This document shows, one piece after another, positions 17,430-21,222 of a stretch of DNA of 21,222 nucleotides. Positions within the stretch are counted from its first letter, which is position 1; each line of letters starts with the position of its first letter. The notes under the pieces are model-generated. The model had not been told where the DNA came from and ran no database searches. It worked only from the letters and a program-made list of their open reading frames with translations. The translations under genes and the position numbers were made by a program. Source of the stretch: Calditrichia bacterium (lineage in GTDB: Bacteria > Calditrichota > Calditrichia > RBG-13-44-9 > J075); NCBI GenBank assembly GCA_050633245.1, contig JBOEGD010000007.1, forward strand, positions 60,900-82,121. Reading direction: 5' to 3'.

Positions 17430-17508
17430 AATACGCGGGTCTGGACCCGCGCTACGTTTATTCAATCAATACGCGGGTCTGGACCCGCGCTACGTTTATT
17501 CAATCAAT
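17430..17508 (-). repeat. Exact 38-bp tandem duplication containing a GTAG-type REP hairpin
   Basis: AATACGCGGGTCTGGACCCGCGCTACGTTTATTCAATC at 17430-17467 and 17468-17505; the minus strand reads GTAG-CGCGGGTC-CA-GACCCGCG. Confidence 0.9.
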
Positions 17509-18113
17509 CCGAATCGCCAGCCTCTTGCCTGACAAAACTCTATAAACTGTGGCAGGACGTCAATAATGCACTCTGCGGCTTTGAGGGAATCGTGAAAAAC
17601 AAGAATATCACCAGGCCGCGTTTGCTTTTTGAGGTGTTTCAGCACACGCTCGGCAGGCCACTTGAAGTCGTTTGCCATCAGCGTCCAGAGCACCAGCTGT
17701 TGCTGCGTGTCTTGCAATGCTTTTTGGTAGCGAGCACTAAAAACGCCATAGGGTGGTCTGCAAAGGCTGGGGGTTCTATCCAAACGCTCGCTGATAAGTT
17801 GGGAAGTCTTGCAGATTTCTTCTCTCAGCAAATCGCTGTTAAAGCCAAACTGTGGGCGGTGGGTATACAGATGATTGCCTACGGCATGTCCGGAATAGTC
17901 CGGCAGGTCAGAGCATTTTTCCAGTGCATCCCCAGAGAGAAAAAAAGTCGCTGGAACATTGTAACGATTCAAAATGTCCAGGACTTGAGACGTGATACTG
18001 TCGAATGGACCGTCATCAAAAGTCAGGTAAATGGATTGCTTATCACTCCCCCGCCAGATGAGCTGCGGAAATGGTGCATACAGAAGCTTCGCCAGATAGC
18101 GATGGGCAATCAC
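17496..18113 (-). CDS. Polysaccharide deacetylase (CE4 / NodB homology)
   Basis: Motifs LTFDDGP, ATFF, NHLYTH, RPPYG, LW..MANDF, GDILVFHD. The GTG start overlaps the GT2 stop (GTGA). Confidence 0.93.
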   Translation of the reverse strand: MIAHRYLAKLLYAPFPQLIWRGSDKQSIYLTFDDGPFDSITSQVLDILNRYNVPATFFLSGDALEKCSDLPDYSGHAVGNHLYTHRPQFGFNSDLLREEICKTSQLISERLDRTPSLCRPPYGVFSARYQKALQDTQQQLVLWTLMANDFKWPAERVLKHLKKQTRPGDILVFHDSLKAAECIIDVLPQFIEFCQARGWRFGLIE

Positions 18114-19249
18114 GAGATGCTCCGCCAGCGATACAGCTTAAAGAAGCCGGCAAATCCTGCAATCAGTATATATAAGATTTGGGCACTCTGCGCAAGTGGG
18201 AAGAGCGGCAAGGATTCGCGTTGTCCCAATGCAATCGCAGCATGGCGGACAATCAGAAATTCCGAACCCAGCTTTAGCCCTAAAGCCAAGATGGGCATCC
18301 ACCAGGAAATGATGCCGAACAGCGCCAGCGGGATGGCAAGGAACAAGGCCACATAAAACAAGTAGATTGCCAGCAGAACAAAGAAGGTTTGCGATCCGGG
18401 ATAGTCGCGACTTTTAGATGCCCAGCGCGCTCGCTGATTCAAAAACTCCGCCACGCTGTTAACCGGGTTGGTAGAAACGGTCCCCGCAGAATCCAAATTA
18501 TAACGTATCTCCCAGTTGGTCTTCTGATCGATATTCTGCATAAGCAAATCATCATCACCGGAGGGAATGTGCTCATGTCCGGCAAAGCCACCAACCGACT
18601 CAAAGGCAATACGTCGATAGCTCAAATTACTGGCATTGCAAATGAGCGGCGTATTATTGCCTATTGCTCCAACGCCGGTAAAAACCAGACCGGCAAACTC
18701 CAGCGCCTGCATTCGCTTAAAAACGGTATCGTTTTCTGCATCATAGGCAACTAATCCGGCAACCAAACCGGTCTTTGTATCGTATCGCGATTCCATGGAG
18801 CGCACCCAGGTGGAGGGCACCCGGCAATCGGCATCGGTCGTCAGAACGATTTCACCAGATGATGTATTGATGCCAAACAGGATTGCGTGTTTTTTATAGG
18901 TCGGTTCGTCGGTCGACTCGGGCTGATGCTTCAAACAGCGAAAATTCTTGAGATGGCGAGAACGAATAAATTCACTGACAAGTTCAAAAGTATCGTCAGT
19001 CGAGCGATCATCAACAATCAACACCTCAAATCGATCTGCCGGATAATCCTGAACGATAAGGCTGTTCAAGAGGGGCATGATTCGGGTCTCTTCATTTCGC
19101 GCCGAGACAATCACGGAAACTCTGGGCAGCGGGTTCACAGATGTATTACGCTCTCGGCGCTCTTCTCGAAGAATACCTGCATAAAAAAACAGCATACATG
19201 CTGCATAGAAGAGTGAAAAACCGCTGAAGGCTATTTCAAATATGCTCAT
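18110..19249 (-). CDS. Membrane glycosyltransferase, family GT2
   Basis: N-terminal TM, VSVIVSARNEE, VDDRSTD, TDADC (DxD), SGDDDLL, QRARW (QxxRW), C-terminal TMs. Confidence 0.93.
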   Translation of the reverse strand: MSIFEIAFSGFSLFYAACMLFFYAGILREERRERNTSVNPLPRVSVIVSARNEETRIMPLLNSLIVQDYPADRFEVLIVDDRSTDDTFELVSEFIRSRHLKNFRCLKHQPESTDEPTYKKHAILFGINTSSGEIVLTTDADCRVPSTWVRSMESRYDTKTGLVAGLVAYDAENDTVFKRMQALEFAGLVFTGVGAIGNNTPLICNASNLSYRRIAFESVGGFAGHEHIPSGDDDLLMQNIDQKTNWEIRYNLDSAGTVSTNPVNSVAEFLNQRARWASKSRDYPGSQTFFVLLAIYLFYVALFLAIPLALFGIISWWMPILALGLKLGSEFLIVRHAAIALGQRESLPLFPLAQSAQILYILIAGFAGFFKLYRWRSIS

Positions 19250-19270
19250 AAAGCTTCTCGTTAGACAATG

Positions 19271-20254
19271 TTACTTATTCCCTTTATCTACCTCAGCACT
19301 CAGGCGTTGCCGCTTATTTTCGCGGGTGCGAATTTGAAAGAGAAAATAGAGTCCGGTTAGAGACGGTATAAGAAAATTGAAGAAGAAGATAAGCAAAGAT
19401 CCGTTAAAAACCGCGTCTGCCGGCACACCAAAAAGACGATAGAAAAAGATGGCAATGCCTTCCCGAACGCCGAGCTCACCAAAAGTAATCGGCACAAATG
19501 TCTTTGTAAACTGCGTGGCTGAGGCAGATAAAACCGAGCTTTTTATGCTGAGGTCGGTAAAAATTGCAATCAACACATGATACTGGAAATAGATCACGAA
19601 TGCCCACACCAGACTAATACCCATCATCACCATACTATCAAAGCGTTTCAGCCCCTCCAGCGCATAGACAATTGAATGCAGTCGCGAAGCGGTGCCCTTA
19701 CTCATCGCGTAGGTATGTATCCAGCGACGCAGGCGAGGCGGGTTCAGCACAATCCACCAGAGCACCAGCAAAACCAGCGTGCCGGGGATTAGAATAGCTG
19801 TGGCGTTGAATTCACCGAGCAGAGTTCCATCTGCCATCATGGTCATTATCGCGCTCCAACCCAACGTCATCAATACTATCTGACTCGATAGCTTATCGAG
19901 AACGTTTAGGCCGGTTATTGCAATTCGATCACGGTCTGCAAAGAAAAGACCGCGTCCCATTTCACCAAGGCTACCGGGAGTAAGTAAACCCAGTGAATAG
20001 CCAAACATAAGTGAGCCAAAGATATCGCGATCAGGAAGGTCTGAGAAGCGGCGTTTTAGTAAATAGCGCCAGCGGAGAAATGCCAATCCAATATTGCAGA
20101 AGAAGAGCGCAAAACACATCAGGATGTATTGTGGACTGAGATCTGCGAATGATTTAAGCACGGACTCGCGGCTATCAATCTTGTTGTAAAGAACAGCAAG
20201 TAATACGAAGCCAGCAAGCAGCTTTATCCAAAATATCCATCCGGATGTTTTCAT
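19271..20254 (-). CDS. Lysylphosphatidylglycerol synthase TM-like / flippase-like membrane protein (UPF0104)
   Basis: Multi-TM protein with RWRYLL, TPGSLGEMGR, LDKL and PITFGELGVREG motifs. Confidence 0.88.
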   Translation of the reverse strand: MKTSGWIFWIKLLAGFVLLAVLYNKIDSRESVLKSFADLSPQYILMCFALFFCNIGLAFLRWRYLLKRRFSDLPDRDIFGSLMFGYSLGLLTPGSLGEMGRGLFFADRDRIAITGLNVLDKLSSQIVLMTLGWSAIMTMMADGTLLGEFNATAILIPGTLVLLVLWWIVLNPPRLRRWIHTYAMSKGTASRLHSIVYALEGLKRFDSMVMMGISLVWAFVIYFQYHVLIAIFTDLSIKSSVLSASATQFTKTFVPITFGELGVREGIAIFFYRLFGVPADAVFNGSLLIFFFNFLIPSLTGLYFLFQIRTRENKRQRLSAEVDKGNK

Positions 20255-20273
20255 ACATCCCTGTCATTTCAGG

Positions 20274-20708
20274 TCAAATATCCAGTAAATTAAGACCGGT
20301 CTCTTCGTCAAAAACACGCTGCAACCGCTCAGAGAAAACCTTTAGGTGCATTTCTGCAGTAACTGCTACCCTGCCTTCAAAAAAATGGCCGCCAAACAAC
20401 TGACATTGCTCATTACTAATCGAGGCATGAGCATGCATGAATGGCTTTCCGTCTATCCAGCTAATATTGCCCGAGAGAGAAACCAACTCAACGATATCGG
20501 GAAAGTGCTTCCTGGAATACGTTTTCTCAGCAAGATGATAATATCCCAGTTCAACATCCTGAATCGCACCAATTGCGGAAACGGTTCCGGCAGCAATAGT
20601 ATGTTCGCGAATAAAATCGTGCATAGACTTGGCAATCTGCACGCCCTTGTGAAGGCGAATGATATACCCATCTTCAAGACTGCGATAACTGAGGTTTGAG
20701 GATGCCAT
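20274..20708 (-). CDS. PPC-domain (DUF296) protein
   Basis: AIGAI, ELVSLSGNI, HAHASIS, GGHF, VTAE. AGGAGA RBS. Confidence 0.9.
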   Translation of the reverse strand: MASSNLSYRSLEDGYIIRLHKGVQIAKSMHDFIREHTIAAGTVSAIGAIQDVELGYYHLAEKTYSRKHFPDIVELVSLSGNISWIDGKPFMHAHASISNEQCQLFGGHFFEGRVAVTAEMHLKVFSERLQRVFDEETGLNLLDI

Positions 20709-20738
20709 TAGTCTCTCCTGTTACGATCGATTAGTGAC

Positions 20739-21191
20739 TTAAAGTTCATCAATTCCGCGGTTCGCCAATTGATCAGCGCGTTCGTTAAGCGGGATACCGG
20801 CATGTCCTTTAACCTTCACAAAGGTCACATTATTCTTTTCAACCAGCTCGAGCATCGCCTCCCACAGATCGCGATTCTCAACCGGCTTTTTAGATGCGTT
20901 CCTCCAACCATTCCGACGCCAGTTCACATACCACTTTTGCTTAAAGCAATTTACAATATAGGCGCTGTCTGAATGTATTTTTATGGTCTTTTTGGAATCA
21001 CCAACGTATTTCAACGCCTCAACGCAGGCGGTCATTTCCATCCGGTTATTGGTCGTATTCATCTCACCGTCCCAGAGTTCCTTTTCGTCATCTCCGGAAA
21101 TGATTATCGCTCCCCAACCACCCTTGTTATTACGCTGCTGGTTTCCTGAGCAGGCACCGTCGGTGTAGATTATTATTTCGTCATTAGGCAT
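20739..21191 (-). CDS. rnhA: Ribonuclease HI
   Basis: IYTDGAC, TTNNRME, SDSAY, KPVENRDLW, VKGH, NERADQLA. Confidence 0.97.
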   Translation of the reverse strand: MPNDEIIIYTDGACSGNQQRNNKGGWGAIIISGDDEKELWDGEMNTTNNRMEMTACVEALKYVGDSKKTIKIHSDSAYIVNCFKQKWYVNWRRNGWRNASKKPVENRDLWEAMLELVEKNNVTFVKVKGHAGIPLNERADQLANRGIDEL

Positions 21192-21200
21192 AAGTCTTTC

Positions 21201-21222
21201 CTGAGTTCTGAGTTCTGAGTTC
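21201..21222. repeat. Heptamer array (CTGAGTT)x3+, truncated by the window edge
   Basis: CTGAGTT CTGAGTT CTGAGTT C; same unit as AGTTCTG at 9492. Confidence 0.92.

Noticed and set aside
17430-17508. CRISPR array (38-bp palindromic repeat)
   Set aside because: The units are directly adjacent with no spacers, there are only two copies, and no cas genes are present.
17592-18356. 254-aa plus-strand ORF, and the other antisense or nested ORFs in the track
   Set aside because: They are shadows of well-supported genes and have no recognisable motifs.

Overview
A bacterial chromosomal segment of moderate GC, almost entirely minus-strand genes. It holds: (1) a tyrosine/homogentisate catabolic unit (MarR regulator, fahA, hmgA) with visible promoters and candidate operators; (2) one divergent GT4 glycosyltransferase; (3) a housekeeping run of dnaE, dtd, a PASTA-only membrane protein, rpe and a large protein with a degenerate STAND NTPase and TPR repeats; (4) a run of rnhA, a PPC/DUF296 protein, a flippase-like protein, a GT2 and a CE4 deacetylase. 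Between runs 3 and 4 lies an apparently accessory slot of about 4 kb. It encodes a 1009-aa DUF4062 / STAND NTPase / TPR (NLR-like) protein that overlaps by 1 nt a low-GC, roughly 3-TM membrane protein. The pair has its own predicted promoter and a structured leader, and is bordered by a heptamer array and a duplicated GTAG-type REP hairpin. This two-gene unit is the best candidate for an undescribed (probably antiphage) system. Several intergenic regions contain 7-8 bp tandem repeats, and both window ends fall inside such arrays. No rRNA, tRNA, CRISPR array, integrase or transposase was seen. All calls come from reading motifs by eye; no database searches were run.
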